Shown: positions 28,113-38,541 of the stretch, piece after piece | Position numbering within the stretch: position 1 is the first letter of the stretch | Layout: each line of letters opens with the position of its first letter | UHGV virus genome: UHGV-1497419 | Source of the DNA: a virus | Direction: 5' to 3' (one strand) | DNA length: 64,000 nucleotides | Notes under the pieces: generated by a model | What the model was told of the DNA's origin: nothing | The model's database searches: none | What the model saw: only the letters and a program-made list of their open reading frames with translations | Translations under genes and position numbers: made by a program

Positions 28113-28913
28113 TTATTGCAGTTGCTCAGCATACTCTTTTTCAGCCATAGCTGAGATTTGCTTCACAAAATCATCACCGAAGTTAATGCGTAGTTTCTCT
28201 TCAATGATTGAAGCACCAATGTTCACCAAAACATCATTGATTGCTTGCATACTAACGCCACCAGTCATCTCTTCAATGAACTCAATACTTACACCCATCA
28301 TCTGTGACAGTTGGATTAGTGCAACGATATTCATCATCGTAGAGATAGCTGGAATCATCAGTGCAACTTTCACCTGAAGTGGTTCAATGTCAGCTACAGA
28401 GTCATTTTCAACAGCTTCTTCCAAAGACTCTTTAGTTTGCTGGATAATCTCTTTGATTCGTGGGTTTAATTCTTCTACGCCCCAATCAAGTTTTTCATAT
28501 CGTGAAAGTTTCTCTTCCATACGCTTCTCAAGAACAGCCATAACAGCACTCGTTGATGAGATAAGCGTATCAATAATGAAATCAGTGTCCTTAGTCAGCA
28601 ACAGTTCCTTATCTTCGTCTGACATCCTGATATAGTCATTCTTTTGCATTTCATAAAAAATGAACTCAGCAAGTGCATCAACACCAACCGCAATAGATGC
28701 CAGAGCAAGTGTAGTGTCTGTTAACATCATGTTGACCTGTTCTGCAAAAGCACCGTTATCAGACTTGTCTTCAGGCAAGTTATAGCTTGCAGGCATAAAC
28801 TGTTCTGTGTAGTTGTTACCACGAAGAATCATAGCCATGCTTTCTACGGCATTGATTAAGAATGCTTCATCAACACCTTTCTCTTCAAGCATCTTTTCTA
28901 CATCGATATTCAT
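28113..28913 (-). CDS. hypothetical acidic protein
   Basis: 266-aa ORF, second gene of the leftward early operon. Confidence 0.4.
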   Translation of the reverse strand: MNIDVEKMLEEKGVDEAFLINAVESMAMILRGNNYTEQFMPASYNLPEDKSDNGAFAEQVNMMLTDTTLALASIAVGVDALAEFIFYEMQKNDYIRMSDEDKELLLTKDTDFIIDTLISSTSAVMAVLEKRMEEKLSRYEKLDWGVEELNPRIKEIIQQTKESLEEAVENDSVADIEPLQVKVALMIPAISTMMNIVALIQLSQMMGVSIEFIEEMTGGVSMQAINDVLVNIGASIIEEKLRINFGDDFVKQISAMAEKEYAEQLQ

Positions 28914-28914
28914 A

Positions 28915-29337
28915 TTATTTCTCTCTCAGTTGGTTAAGTTTCTTTCTAGAACATTTTAAGTTTTCGGATGAAGAAAAGTCAAGTGTCTTTTCAGAACGTG
29001 GATAATAGTGCCTATCCCAAGAAGTTTCAACATCGTTAATCAGTGACGCTAGATTACACAGGTCTGTACCACTTTGCAACCTCTTTTTAAGAGAATCTAG
29101 TAAAGCAACTGTGTCTTTAGCTTTACGTCTCGCTGTAGCAACATCTTTCATATGCTCAAATACAGAGCATTTTAAGTCATCTTCATAGTTTTCAGACAAC
29201 TCTATTTCATGTTGTATATCAACCATTCTCCTGTGATGGTGAGCATATTCCCGTTGAGCAGCAATGTCAAGTTCTTCCAACTTCTGCAAAGCTCTAACAA
29301 AGTCAGCTATGTCTGGGTGAACAAACATTTTCTGCAT
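28915..29337 (-). CDS. hypothetical protein
   Basis: 140-aa ORF, first gene after the divergent intergenic region. Confidence 0.4.
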   Translation of the reverse strand: MQKMFVHPDIADFVRALQKLEELDIAAQREYAHHHRRMVDIQHEIELSENYEDDLKCSVFEHMKDVATARRKAKDTVALLDSLKKRLQSGTDLCNLASLINDVETSWDRHYYPRSEKTLDFSSSENLKCSRKKLNQLREK

Positions 29338-29594
29338 GTAAGCCTCTTTTAAGTAACTATTAAGTTTTAATCTTTTATCTTAACGTATTCTATACGTTAT
29401 ACTTTAAAGCTTTTTAAAAGCTATTAAATAATCTTTTAAGAATTTTAAAGTATCTGTATAGTTAAACTGTTAAGTAACCTTTTAAGTAAAAACCCACTTC
29501 GCAAAGATTAACACCTTGTCAAGTGCATTGTCAACTTGCTTTTTATAATTTTTTGCAGTAATGTATGAGGTTAATGATTTTAGAGGGAGTAAAA
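29338..29594. promoter_or_regulatory. AT-rich divergent intergenic region with repeated CTTTTAAG / TTTTAAAAG motifs (candidate bidirectional promoter region)
   Basis: Strand-switch point between the leftward and rightward blocks; includes TTGTCA...TATAAT elements upstream of the polymerase gene, but with a non-canonical 22-nt spacer. Confidence 0.4.
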
Positions 29595-32294
29595 ATGGAA
29601 AACGTAGATTTTAAAAACTTACATTTAGTTGGTGATACAGAAACTGATGGTTTACTCCTTGAGTTCACTAAAGTGCACGTAATGGCTTTCGCAGACTATA
29701 AATCTGATGATGAAGAGCCGCCTGTATGGGTCTTTACAGATGAGCCTATCCTCGGTCACAAGTATACCAAGTACATTAAGGGTGGCTTACGTGAAGGTAT
29801 TGAGTTTGCGTTAAAGGCAAAACGTCTTTGCATCCATAATGGTCTCGGTTATGACTGGTGGGTTTTCAATCACATTGCACCTGATTTATGGAACTTTGAT
29901 AATCCAAAGTGTAAACCGTGGAGTAATTTCTTTCAGGATTCTCTTATCCAGTCTCGTGTTCAGTGGATGGATAGACCAACTCCAAAGGGCTATAAAGGTG
30001 CTCATGGTTTGGCTGCATGGGGTGCTCGTGTTGGTGTTCGTAAACCAGAGATTGAGCATTGGGGTGTGTGGAATGCAGAAATCTTCACTCGTGTTGTAGA
30101 AGATATACGTATTAACGCCAAAACTAAACGGGCACTTGATAACGAGTATCTCAAGCTTAAGAAGTGTGGTATAGACACTTATGAAACTTACATGCGAGCT
30201 AAAGAAACATCTTTCTGGATGAGTCAACAAGCTATCAATGGTTGGAAAGCTGATAAAGAGCTTATGGAGTTCCATGTAAAGGAGCTTGACAAGTTGACTA
30301 ATGAGCTTGCTTCAGAGGTTGAACCACATCTACCTCCAACTATTAAGACCAAAGGTAAAGTCACTGGAGAAGAGTTTGCAAAAGCTTGGAATGAGTATGT
30401 TGAAACATTTGGTCATGCAGATGGACTGAAAAGAATTACCAAGTACCCTAAGACAAAGTATCGTCAGCAGGTACGTAATGGTGAGATGCAGACATACGAA
30501 ATCAAACCATTTGGTAAGCCAACTACAAAGATTTTTAACATTGAAAAGAGAAATTGCTATACACCAACCAACTCTGTAACTGGTGAAGAGTACAAGGAAG
30601 GCTTTGTAGCAATGAAGGATGCTCGTGCAATTTGCAATGAGTTGAACGCAAAGATTGGTAAGAAATGCAAAGACTGGAAGCCAGTAAAAACAGTCAAAAC
30701 TGTGAAGTACTATAACAGCCACGTTGTTAACCACTTTGAACTTGAGTCAAGTCGCTACACAGGTTTGATTGATGCACCATATACACCAATTGAGTTTGAA
30801 GTTTCTCGTATGACTCAGGTAGCAGTTGTTAAAGACTACTTGAAATCAGTTGGTTGGATTCCAGATGACTGGAACTACAAGAAAGACTCAGATGGTCGCC
30901 CTGTCAAAGTTTGTCGTTTCAAAGACAATAAAAAGATGATTACAAAACATCCTAAGTGGCAGGAGATGGTGGAACGATGTGGTTTAAGTTATGTTGAACA
31001 TGAAGGTGTCCAGTACATTGAGCATAACTGGTCTGTGAAGAAGTACACAGATTTGCTTGAGCCTTGCTTAATCCGTACTTCACCAAAACTTACTGAATCA
31101 TCTTATGATACGATTGAAGGTGAGCTTGGACAGAAGATTGCTAAGTACTATACTTTGATGCACCGACGCAGAACTATTGAGAACTCAAAGGATGATGAAA
31201 AAGGTTGGTTGAACCAGATTCGTCCTGATGGTCGCCTTAGTGCTGGTGCAATGGTGTTCGGTACTTCAACTGGACGTATGACGCAATATGGTATTGTAAA
31301 CGTACCGTCTGGTGCTGCTGTCTATGGGGAACCAATGAGGGCAGTGTGGATTTGTGAGGAAGGTACTAACGTTGTCTCTGTAGATATGAACTCGGCCCAG
31401 CTAGTTCTGCTTTGTAACTTTATGGGTGATAAAGACTTCACCAAAGCGGTAACACAAGGTAAAGAAGAAATTGAGTTCATTCGTCAAGAAGATGGACGCT
31501 ATTACTGCAAACATTTTGATGAGTACCTAAACCCAGAAATTGATAAGTACCTTCGCTATGACTCTGAGAATGACCTGTACGTTGTCTATTCAGGGACTGA
31601 TGCACATACACTGAACAGTATTTACTTTAGCTTGAATGATGAGCAGGATATCTTGACTTGTCGAGCTACTCAGGATGAGAATCTTCTTCATGAGATTAGC
31701 AAAGGTCGTAAGAAAGCTAAGAATGGTATCTATGCACTGCTGTTCGGTGCAGGTGATGAGAAGTTTGCTAAGACGATTAAAGCTGCAACTACTCAGGAAG
31801 GTGCGCTGACTAAACAGACTTACTTTATTCGTTTGCCTAAAATTAAGAAGCTGCTAGATGACTTGGAAGCTGACTACAAAGCAACTAAAAAGGCACTTGA
31901 AGAGGTGTTTGGTAAGACTGCTGCAATCTCTAAAGGAGGTTTTGTAAAGGTTGCTGGAGCTTGGTTGTGGTGTAAATCTCCACACAAACTGTTGAACTAT
32001 CTTTTGATGGGTTCAGAGGCTCAGATTCAAAATGAGGCAATTAACCTTGCTTGTCGTCGTATGATTGACGAAGGTTTGATGAAGTTGAATGGTCGTAAAC
32101 CAGCTATTGGTGCTCGCTTACTCTGCGCATATCACGATGAGACAAGCTGGGAATGCCCAGAAAGTATGACGGCAGAGGTGAAAGCAGTTACTGACTGGTA
32201 TTATGGGCAAGCTTCTAAGAACTTAGGTCTTAAGAAAGAAACACTTGTTACAGGTACTGGTAAGGTTGGTAAAAGCTGGCTTGAGGTTCACTAA
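29595..32294 (+). CDS. DNA polymerase, family A, with 3'-5' exonuclease domain
   Basis: Exo I motif VGDTETDGL; motif B RKKAKNGIYALLFGAG; motif C YHDE; RBS GAGGGAG 5 nt upstream of the ATG at 29595. Confidence 0.85.
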   Translation: MENVDFKNLHLVGDTETDGLLLEFTKVHVMAFADYKSDDEEPPVWVFTDEPILGHKYTKYIKGGLREGIEFALKAKRLCIHNGLGYDWWVFNHIAPDLWNFDNPKCKPWSNFFQDSLIQSRVQWMDRPTPKGYKGAHGLAAWGARVGVRKPEIEHWGVWNAEIFTRVVEDIRINAKTKRALDNEYLKLKKCGIDTYETYMRAKETSFWMSQQAINGWKADKELMEFHVKELDKLTNELASEVEPHLPPTIKTKGKVTGEEFAKAWNEYVETFGHADGLKRITKYPKTKYRQQVRNGEMQTYEIKPFGKPTTKIFNIEKRNCYTPTNSVTGEEYKEGFVAMKDARAICNELNAKIGKKCKDWKPVKTVKTVKYYNSHVVNHFELESSRYTGLIDAPYTPIEFEVSRMTQVAVVKDYLKSVGWIPDDWNYKKDSDGRPVKVCRFKDNKKMITKHPKWQEMVERCGLSYVEHEGVQYIEHNWSVKKYTDLLEPCLIRTSPKLTESSYDTIEGELGQKIAKYYTLMHRRRTIENSKDDEKGWLNQIRPDGRLSAGAMVFGTSTGRMTQYGIVNVPSGAAVYGEPMRAVWICEEGTNVVSVDMNSAQLVLLCNFMGDKDFTKAVTQGKEEIEFIRQEDGRYYCKHFDEYLNPEIDKYLRYDSENDLYVVYSGTDAHTLNSIYFSLNDEQDILTCRATQDENLLHEISKGRKKAKNGIYALLFGAGDEKFAKTIKAATTQEGALTKQTYFIRLPKIKKLLDDLEADYKATKKALEEVFGKTAAISKGGFVKVAGAWLWCKSPHKLLNYLLMGSEAQIQNEAINLACRRMIDEGLMKLNGRKPAIGARLLCAYHDETSWECPESMTAEVKAVTDWYYGQASKNLGLKKETLVTGTGKVGKSWLEVH

Positions 32295-32301
32295 TTAGTG
32301 T

Positions 32302-32334
32302 TGACAAGGTGCTCATGGAAGAGTACCTTATACT
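32302..32334 (+). promoter_or_regulatory. candidate promoter (TTGACA ... TATACT, non-canonical 21-nt spacer)
   Basis: Consensus -35 hexamer and -10-like hexamer directly upstream of the 32356 gene; the spacing is atypical for sigma-70. Confidence 0.3.
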
Positions 32335-32355
32335 ATATCTTATATAGGAGGGCTT

Positions 32356-32565
32356 ATGAGCCATCGTGGAAGAACCCATGCAGCGATGATGAAAGGTGCT
32401 TCAAAGGAGACTATCAAAAATCGTAAGCAGAAGTTGTTTGAGAGAATGAACAGGTTAATTGACAACTCATCTCTTTCAGGTTCTGAGAAGGTTTTCTTGA
32501 AAGGTAATCTGAAAAGCATTGCACGAGAACTTATTGACATTGAGTATTGGAGACATCAAAAATGA
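32356..32565 (+). CDS. hypothetical protein
   Basis: 69-aa ORF with RBS AGGAGG. Confidence 0.4.
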   Translation: MSHRGRTHAAMMKGASKETIKNRKQKLFERMNRLIDNSSLSGSEKVFLKGNLKSIARELIDIEYWRHQK

Positions 32566-32780
32566 CACTTGCAGACGTTATTCAGCAACTTCACGACAAC
32601 TGCTATACCCCAGAGTTGATTCAGGAGATGTGTATTGTAGTGATGCCTAGCAAGTTCGTAAAAGCCTTTAACAGTGACACTTTAAGGTCTGCACACATTC
32701 TTATTGTTGAAGGTAAGATTGCAAAAGACCGTACAGGTGTTCTTAAGGGTGAACGTATTGATATCTTGGAATTGTTATGA
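32562..32780 (+). CDS. hypothetical protein
   Basis: ATG at 32562 forms an ATGA overlap with the upstream stop. Confidence 0.35.
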   Translation: MTLADVIQQLHDNCYTPELIQEMCIVVMPSKFVKAFNSDTLRSAHILIVEGKIAKDRTGVLKGERIDILELL

Positions 32781-32937
32781 ATAAGTTATATAGTCTCTGG
32801 GGAAGGATGGGTAAAGATTCTGACTGGAATCTGCTCAAAACAAATGTAAAAAGTAATGAGATAGCGTACTACAAAATTCATTACTACAAAACTTTCAGAG
32901 AGTTTGAGTATCGTGAACAACAGACAGGAGAAGTATT

Positions 32938-33174
32938 ATGTGGAAATCAGTAATTGTGCTTGGTGTTATTTTTCTATCTGGCTGCAACCCTTCTTATGAA
33001 GATAAAAATGCTTCTTATAGTCTCCCACCAGAGATGCAAGATTGTAAAGTCTATAAGCTGAATGGGGATGCAATAAGCACAGATATTGTTGTTGTAAGAT
33101 GTCCAAACTCTCAAACGACAACATCTTATCGTTATGGTAAAAATAGTCAATCACACACTACTGTTATTGAGTGA
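32938..33174 (+). CDS. putative lipoprotein
   Basis: Signal peptide MWKSVIVLGVIFLSGC with lipobox LSGC. Confidence 0.45.
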   Translation: MWKSVIVLGVIFLSGCNPSYEDKNASYSLPPEMQDCKVYKLNGDAISTDIVVVRCPNSQTTTSYRYGKNSQSHTTVIE

Positions 33175-33185
33175 GGTTTTTCAAG

Positions 33186-33392
33186 ATGCAAGTCTTAGTA
33201 AACTATATCTACCGTTATGATACTGTTCACTCCACTACAAACATAGCTCAACGTAACCCAATCGTACCGCGAGAAGGTGAATTGGTTCGCATTGAGGGTT
33301 GGACTTACACTGTGGAAAACATCATTCATAAGTTTGATGTTGCTGGTGATGTTCAAGTTATTGACGTAGAGATTGGTGGTAAGAGAAAATGA
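33186..33392 (+). CDS. hypothetical protein
   Basis: ATG at 33186 preceded by GAGG. Confidence 0.35.
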   Translation: MQVLVNYIYRYDTVHSTTNIAQRNPIVPREGELVRIEGWTYTVENIIHKFDVAGDVQVIDVEIGGKRK

Positions 33393-33580
33393 ACAAAGAA
33401 GATAAGCATAAAAATGCTGTACGAACTCCTGATGGGAAGATTCAATCATTCACCCTGACAGTTGGTGGAAAGCCATTCCGTTGCCACTGCGGAGCAAACT
33501 GCTTTCATAAACCAGATAAAAATGACTTAGAGCTTTACGCATGTAATGCTTGCAATACTTGGTATCATTCAGAGGAATAA
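33389..33580 (+). CDS. hypothetical zinc-ribbon protein
   Basis: CHC...C and CNAC cysteine pairs; ATGA overlap with the upstream gene. Confidence 0.35.
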   Translation: MNKEDKHKNAVRTPDGKIQSFTLTVGGKPFRCHCGANCFHKPDKNDLELYACNACNTWYHSEE

Positions 33581-33581
33581 A

Positions 33582-34682
33582 ATGACAATTCTGTACAAAC
33601 AAAATAAAGATGGTTCCTTCAACGTCTGGTCATGTGTTGCTGTAGGTGACAAAGTTATTACAACCTACGGTAAAGAAAATGGCAAGATGATGTTTGAAGA
33701 GTACACAGCAGAGCCTAAAAACATCGGTAAAAAGAATGAGCGTAACGCTGAACAACAAGCTCTCTTTGAAGTTGCTGCTAAGTATAAAAAGCAAGTAGAC
33801 CGCAAAGGTTATGCTTACACAAAAGAGTCTGCACAGAATACTGAGAAGGTAGGTGTACAGCTTGCTCATGATGCTGCAAAGGTTAGCCATGCAAAGTATC
33901 TGAAGTTCCCTGCTGATGCTCAACCAAAACTTGATGGTGTCCGTTGTAGGATTTCAAGAGATGCTGATTTAGTTAGTTTTACGGCTTATTCTCGTGAGAA
34001 TACTGTTTACAACGTTCCAGCAGAACTAATTCCAGATTTGCTTTTGTTGCTTAAATTACATCCACAAGTTGAAGACTTTGATGGTGAGATTTATGCTCAT
34101 GGTTGGGACTTAGAAGATATTGTATCTATGATTAAGAATGCTGACAATCCAGACCGTCACCTTCTTAAATTCTACTGGTATGATATCTGCGACAATTCAA
34201 AATCTTGGCCTGAGCGTCGTGAAGTTATTGATAACTCACCTATTGTTGAGCTTGGGGATACCTGTAGAGTTGTTCCTGTGCAGACTATCCGTGTAAATTC
34301 TTGGGAAGAGTTTGATGAAGCTCATGATAAGTGGGTTGAAGCTAAGTTTGAAGGTGCAATGTACCGTTCAATCTCTGAAGACTCCTTCTACGAGTGTTGT
34401 CACCGTTCATACTTCTTGATTAAGCACAAGAAGATGCACACTGAAGAGTTTAAAGTAACTGGTGTAAAGACTGATAAACGTGGTCATGGTAAGTTCGTTG
34501 TAGAGACTCTTCCTAACGTCTTTGTAGATGTCTCATGGAAAACCACTCATGAGAAAAAGCAGTATCTGGCTGAGCATCCTGAAGAGTTTATCGGGAAGCC
34601 TTTAACGGTTCAGTTCCAGAAGATGACTCGTAAGGGGTCTTTACAGTTCCCTGTTGGGTTAGTTATTAGGGATTATGAGTAA
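33582..34682 (+). CDS. ATP-dependent DNA ligase
   Basis: Adenylation motif I PKLDGVRC (KxDG); ~366 aa; RBS GAGGA upstream of the ATG at 33582. Confidence 0.8.
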   Translation: MTILYKQNKDGSFNVWSCVAVGDKVITTYGKENGKMMFEEYTAEPKNIGKKNERNAEQQALFEVAAKYKKQVDRKGYAYTKESAQNTEKVGVQLAHDAAKVSHAKYLKFPADAQPKLDGVRCRISRDADLVSFTAYSRENTVYNVPAELIPDLLLLLKLHPQVEDFDGEIYAHGWDLEDIVSMIKNADNPDRHLLKFYWYDICDNSKSWPERREVIDNSPIVELGDTCRVVPVQTIRVNSWEEFDEAHDKWVEAKFEGAMYRSISEDSFYECCHRSYFLIKHKKMHTEEFKVTGVKTDKRGHGKFVVETLPNVFVDVSWKTTHEKKQYLAEHPEEFIGKPLTVQFQKMTRKGSLQFPVGLVIRDYE

Positions 34683-34689
34683 AAAGTTG

Positions 34690-34717
34690 TTGACATAGAA
34701 AATTTGGTGAGTATACT
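34690..34717 (+). promoter_or_regulatory. sigma-70-like promoter (TTGACA - 16 nt - TATACT)
   Basis: Consensus -35 at 34690-34695 and near-consensus -10 at 34712-34717, just after the ligase stop. Confidence 0.45.
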
Positions 34718-34756
34718 GAGCAGCATAAACCAACGGGTACTCACCAACACCCCTTA

Positions 34757-35021
34757 AGAGTCTTTGAAAAGGGTTTTTAAGTGATGTGGGGCGAGGCTCG
34801 GTGAGGTGGGGTAAGGCATAGTGCGGTGCTGTTTGGTATGGGTAGTTAGTCTCAGCTACATTAAAATGAGACTTACCTTTTTAAAGGGTCTTTAAACAGG
34901 GTCTTTTAATAAGGTTGTGTGATGTGATGTATGGTGCTGTGGAGTTTGGTTAGGTCCGGTCAGGTATGGTATGGTGATGTGAGGTATGGGTGGATGGTAG
35001 TAGCCACGTTAAAAATCTACC
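34757..35021 (+). repeat. structured GT-rich intergenic element, copy A (GGTCTTTAA-type boxes, GGT-rich tracts, conserved 37-nt hairpin at 34841-34877 with T-run, distal stem GGTAG/CTACC)
   Basis: Near-identical in architecture to copy B at 36162-36408; the 37-nt hairpin block is identical in both. Confidence 0.6.
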
Positions 35022-35079
35022 AAGTTTCTAAAGAGTCTTCTGTTGAGGGTTCTTTATAAACAACTTAACAATCAATTAA

Positions 35080-35685
<606 letters not shown>

Positions 35686-35687
35686 TT

Positions 35688-36128
35688 ATGAATACAAAAG
35701 CATTAGCAGCAAAGTTTAGTTACGGTGACACTGTATCACACTCTGAGATGGATACCTTCTTAGGTATTGTGAAGCCAACTTATCAAGGTGACATTGTTAA
35801 GTACGAAGATGAAATGAAGGCTTATGCACTTACACGTCTAAACCGACTTGAGAAGTTTATTGAAAAGCTTCTTAAAGAAGAGAAGATTTATCTGGTTGCT
35901 TCAATGGGTGTTGGTTATCGTGTTGTTGAACCTAAGCATCAAGCAACTATTGCAAAACGTAAAATGTCTGGTAAGATTGGTCGAGCTTTAAAGCAAGCCA
36001 CTCAAGCGATTGAGAATGTGAACACTATGGCACTTAGCCATCAAGAACGTTCACGACTGATTGAACAGCAAAACCACTTAGCTGCTATGAAAGCTAACAT
36101 TAACAAGCAACGTAGAAAACCTTTCTAA
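35688..36128 (+). CDS. hypothetical protein (cassette gene 2)
   Basis: 146-aa ORF, 2-nt gap from the upstream gene. Confidence 0.45.
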   Translation: MNTKALAAKFSYGDTVSHSEMDTFLGIVKPTYQGDIVKYEDEMKAYALTRLNRLEKFIEKLLKEEKIYLVASMGVGYRVVEPKHQATIAKRKMSGKIGRALKQATQAIENVNTMALSHQERSRLIEQQNHLAAMKANINKQRRKPF

Positions 36129-36139
36129 GTTGACTAGGT

Positions 36140-36162
36140 AGCCTCTTCGGAGGCTCCTTTTT
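36140..36162 (+). terminator. rho-independent terminator (AGCCTC-UUCG-GAGGCU plus T5)
   Basis: 6-bp stem with UUCG tetraloop followed by TTTTT immediately after the 36128 stop. Confidence 0.55.
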
Positions 36163-36408
36163 AAAAGGTCTTTAAACAGGGTCTTTTAATGAGGTTATGT
36201 ATGGTTTGGTTGGGTGTGGTGGTGTAAGGTGTAGTCAGGCTTGGTGAGGGTAGTTAGTCTCAGCTACATTAAAATGAGACTTACCTTTTTAAAAGGTCTT
36301 TAAGAGGGTCTTTTAACAAGGTTAGGTTAGGTCTGGTGTGGTAGGGTTAGGTGGGGTTAGGTTTGGTGTGGTATGGAAGGATGGCAGTAGCCTTATAAAA
36401 AATCTGCC
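36162..36408 (+). repeat. structured GT-rich intergenic element, copy B (hairpin at 36249-36285; distal stem GGCAG/CTGCC)
   Basis: Same order of boxes, GT tracts and hairpin as copy A; distal stem shows compensatory changes relative to copy A. Confidence 0.6.
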
Positions 36409-36427
36409 AAATAAGCTATAAAGTCTG

Positions 36428-36462
36428 TTGACAAGTCAGGTGTTATAGCTTATTTTTATACT
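36428..36462 (+). promoter_or_regulatory. candidate promoter (TTGACA - 17 nt - TATTTT, followed by TATACT)
   Basis: Consensus -35 hexamer at 36428-36433 upstream of the 36501 gene. Confidence 0.35.
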
Positions 36463-36500
36463 CAATGTAATACAAAATTTAATATAACTTTGAGGTCATT

Positions 36501-36884
36501 ATGAAAAAGATTTTATTAGCTGCTGCAATGGTTATGGCAATGAATTTACCAGTCAATGCAACAGAACTTCCAAATGTGGACTTATCAGGTGTTCCAGAAG
36601 ACACTTGCCAGATTGTAAAAGGTGTTGCTCTAGCTAATGGTGAGTTACTTAAACCCATCTCTGAAGAGTCTTTGACAGAGATGACTGATAAGGTGACTGA
36701 CTACCAGTATCGTGTTCTTGCAGAGTATTTCCTGCAATCTGCAAACATTAAAGAGAAACACCATGACGATATTGATGTACAGGCGATGCTCAACCACCGT
36801 ATCCAGTTTAAAGAAGATTTGATGCAAAAAGCTATGTATGGTGTGGAGTATTTCTTAGAAAACAGAAGCTGCACAGGTATTTGA
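36501..36884 (+). CDS. hypothetical secreted/periplasmic protein
   Basis: Signal peptide MKKILLAAAMVMAMNLPVNA; RBS GAGG. Confidence 0.45.
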   Translation: MKKILLAAAMVMAMNLPVNATELPNVDLSGVPEDTCQIVKGVALANGELLKPISEESLTEMTDKVTDYQYRVLAEYFLQSANIKEKHHDDIDVQAMLNHRIQFKEDLMQKAMYGVEYFLENRSCTGI

Positions 36885-36885
36885 T

Positions 36886-37098
36886 ATGGCTCTTAAAAAG
36901 TTACATCCCAGAAGCGGTTATGGTAAGATAATTGACGATACAGACGGATTTACAGTCTTTACAGTTATCTGTCAAGATGATTCACAGATTGAAAAGGCTC
37001 TTGATGATTATCTTAATGATGAACGTGAAAAGGTTAGGGCTACAAACATAGATTCATTGATTGACACTTCACGCAAACGGAAGAAGAAAGATGAATGA
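36886..37098 (+). CDS. hypothetical protein
   Basis: 70-aa ORF. Confidence 0.35.
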   Translation: MALKKLHPRSGYGKIIDDTDGFTVFTVICQDDSQIEKALDDYLNDEREKVRATNIDSLIDTSRKRKKKDE

Positions 37099-37390
37099 GG
37101 TTTTTGACCCTTATGCCCCACAAGATGATTGGGAGGCTGATAGAGAGGCTGAAATGGAGAGTTATATTTGTCCAATGGATGTAAACGAAATGAGAGACTT
37201 CGTTGCACATCGTTTTAAGAGAGAGATTAAATCCAGAGGTCTTTCTCAAGAGCAAGTTGCTAAAATTTGTGGTATCTCTCAGGCTCGTGTATCCAACATA
37301 ATCCATCTCACTGGTAACGTCTCCCTTGAGTATATGTTGGAAGTATGTGAAAAATTTGGTGTTAATTTCAATTTAAGGTTGGCAGATTAA
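37091..37390 (+). CDS. HTH DNA-binding protein (XRE/Cro-like)
   Basis: LSQEQVAKICGISQARVSNI helix-turn-helix pattern; ATG at 37091. Confidence 0.5.
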   Translation: MNEVFDPYAPQDDWEADREAEMESYICPMDVNEMRDFVAHRFKREIKSRGLSQEQVAKICGISQARVSNIIHLTGNVSLEYMLEVCEKFGVNFNLRLAD

Positions 37391-37391
37391 T

Positions 37392-37751
37392 ATGAAACGT
37401 GAAAACATTATCCACTCTGAAAACTTCGCATTAGGCTTTTATGGCGTACCAACTCACCTTGAAAAGTATTATGGTGTGAAGATTCTCTCCAATCTCATTA
37501 TGGCTTACAAAGATGGTAAGATTAAGCACACTGAGAAGAAACGTGTCATGGGCTATATGGCTGTAGGTTCAGCAATCTCAAACATCAAGCTGGAAACCAC
37601 TAGTAGCCAGATTGTGAAAGACCACTTCATCAAAGAGCTTTACCAGAATCTTGATGGTGTAGATGTTCAGGCTGTTTGGTTGGATGTTGATGGTCATAAC
37701 TACACAAGTTTCGTTTTCAAAAACGATGACATTAAGTGTTTGTTCCCATAA
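37392..37751 (+). CDS. hypothetical protein
   Basis: 119-aa ORF. Confidence 0.35.
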   Translation: MKRENIIHSENFALGFYGVPTHLEKYYGVKILSNLIMAYKDGKIKHTEKKRVMGYMAVGSAISNIKLETTSSQIVKDHFIKELYQNLDGVDVQAVWLDVDGHNYTSFVFKNDDIKCLFP

Positions 37752-37764
37752 TAGGTGATTAACT

Positions 37765-38280
37765 ATGATTGATATCTACTTACAAGATGCTCATGCAGAT
37801 TTCCTTAAAGAGATGCTTAAAAAGTTTATGGCTTCACAGTATGAGAATGAAGCATCTTTTAAAATAGTTACATGTGGCGACGAAGCTGGTTTTGTTGAGA
37901 TTGAACATGAAGGTACTGGAAAGAGTGTTTGTAAGTTACCTGATAGTATGTTCTCTAACACGTTCTTAACAAAGACTAGTATAAATGTTAAGCTTGTGCC
38001 TCAGATTGAAACATACTCTGGTACAGATTATCCTAAAGGTTTTAAGTCACTGATGAAGTACTTCTTAGATGACTTTGTGGGTAATCTTCTGAGGGAGGTA
38101 AAAGAAAGTCGTACAGTGTTAACTGTAGAGAATATCGGAGGAACTATCAGGATTACTTCTGACCGCTACTCTATGAGTCTCTTCGACTTCGTTCCTAAGA
38201 ACTTTGATGGTATTCTGGATGAAGAAGATGACTGTGTAGACTTTATATTGGTTCTTGAACCAGTTTTTGAGGTTAAATAA
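37765..38280 (+). CDS. hypothetical protein
   Basis: 171-aa ORF. Confidence 0.35.
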   Translation: MIDIYLQDAHADFLKEMLKKFMASQYENEASFKIVTCGDEAGFVEIEHEGTGKSVCKLPDSMFSNTFLTKTSINVKLVPQIETYSGTDYPKGFKSLMKYFLDDFVGNLLREVKESRTVLTVENIGGTIRITSDRYSMSLFDFVPKNFDGILDEEDDCVDFILVLEPVFEVK

Positions 38281-38541
38281 ATGAAAATTGAACACTGCTA
38301 TGAGTCTGACGGAACACCTATCCGTTGTCCACATTGTGGGTGTACAGACTTGCAAGGTGAAGTTCATGTGATTGTTAATGGTCATATAGCTGAAGAAAGT
38401 ACTACATGTGTTGGTTGTGGTGAGCAACTATCATTCTGGGCTTATGGTTCATACCAACCTGCACCACACTTAATCTACCATAGCAATAAAGCTGTGAAGA
38501 ATGTTATCAACTGGTTTATTAAGAAAGGATTTACAAAATGA
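38281..38541 (+). CDS. hypothetical zinc-ribbon protein
   Basis: CPHCGC ... CVGCGE cysteine pairs; ATGA overlap with the DHFR start. Confidence 0.35.
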   Translation: MKIEHCYESDGTPIRCPHCGCTDLQGEVHVIVNGHIAEESTTCVGCGEQLSFWAYGSYQPAPHLIYHSNKAVKNVINWFIKKGFTK

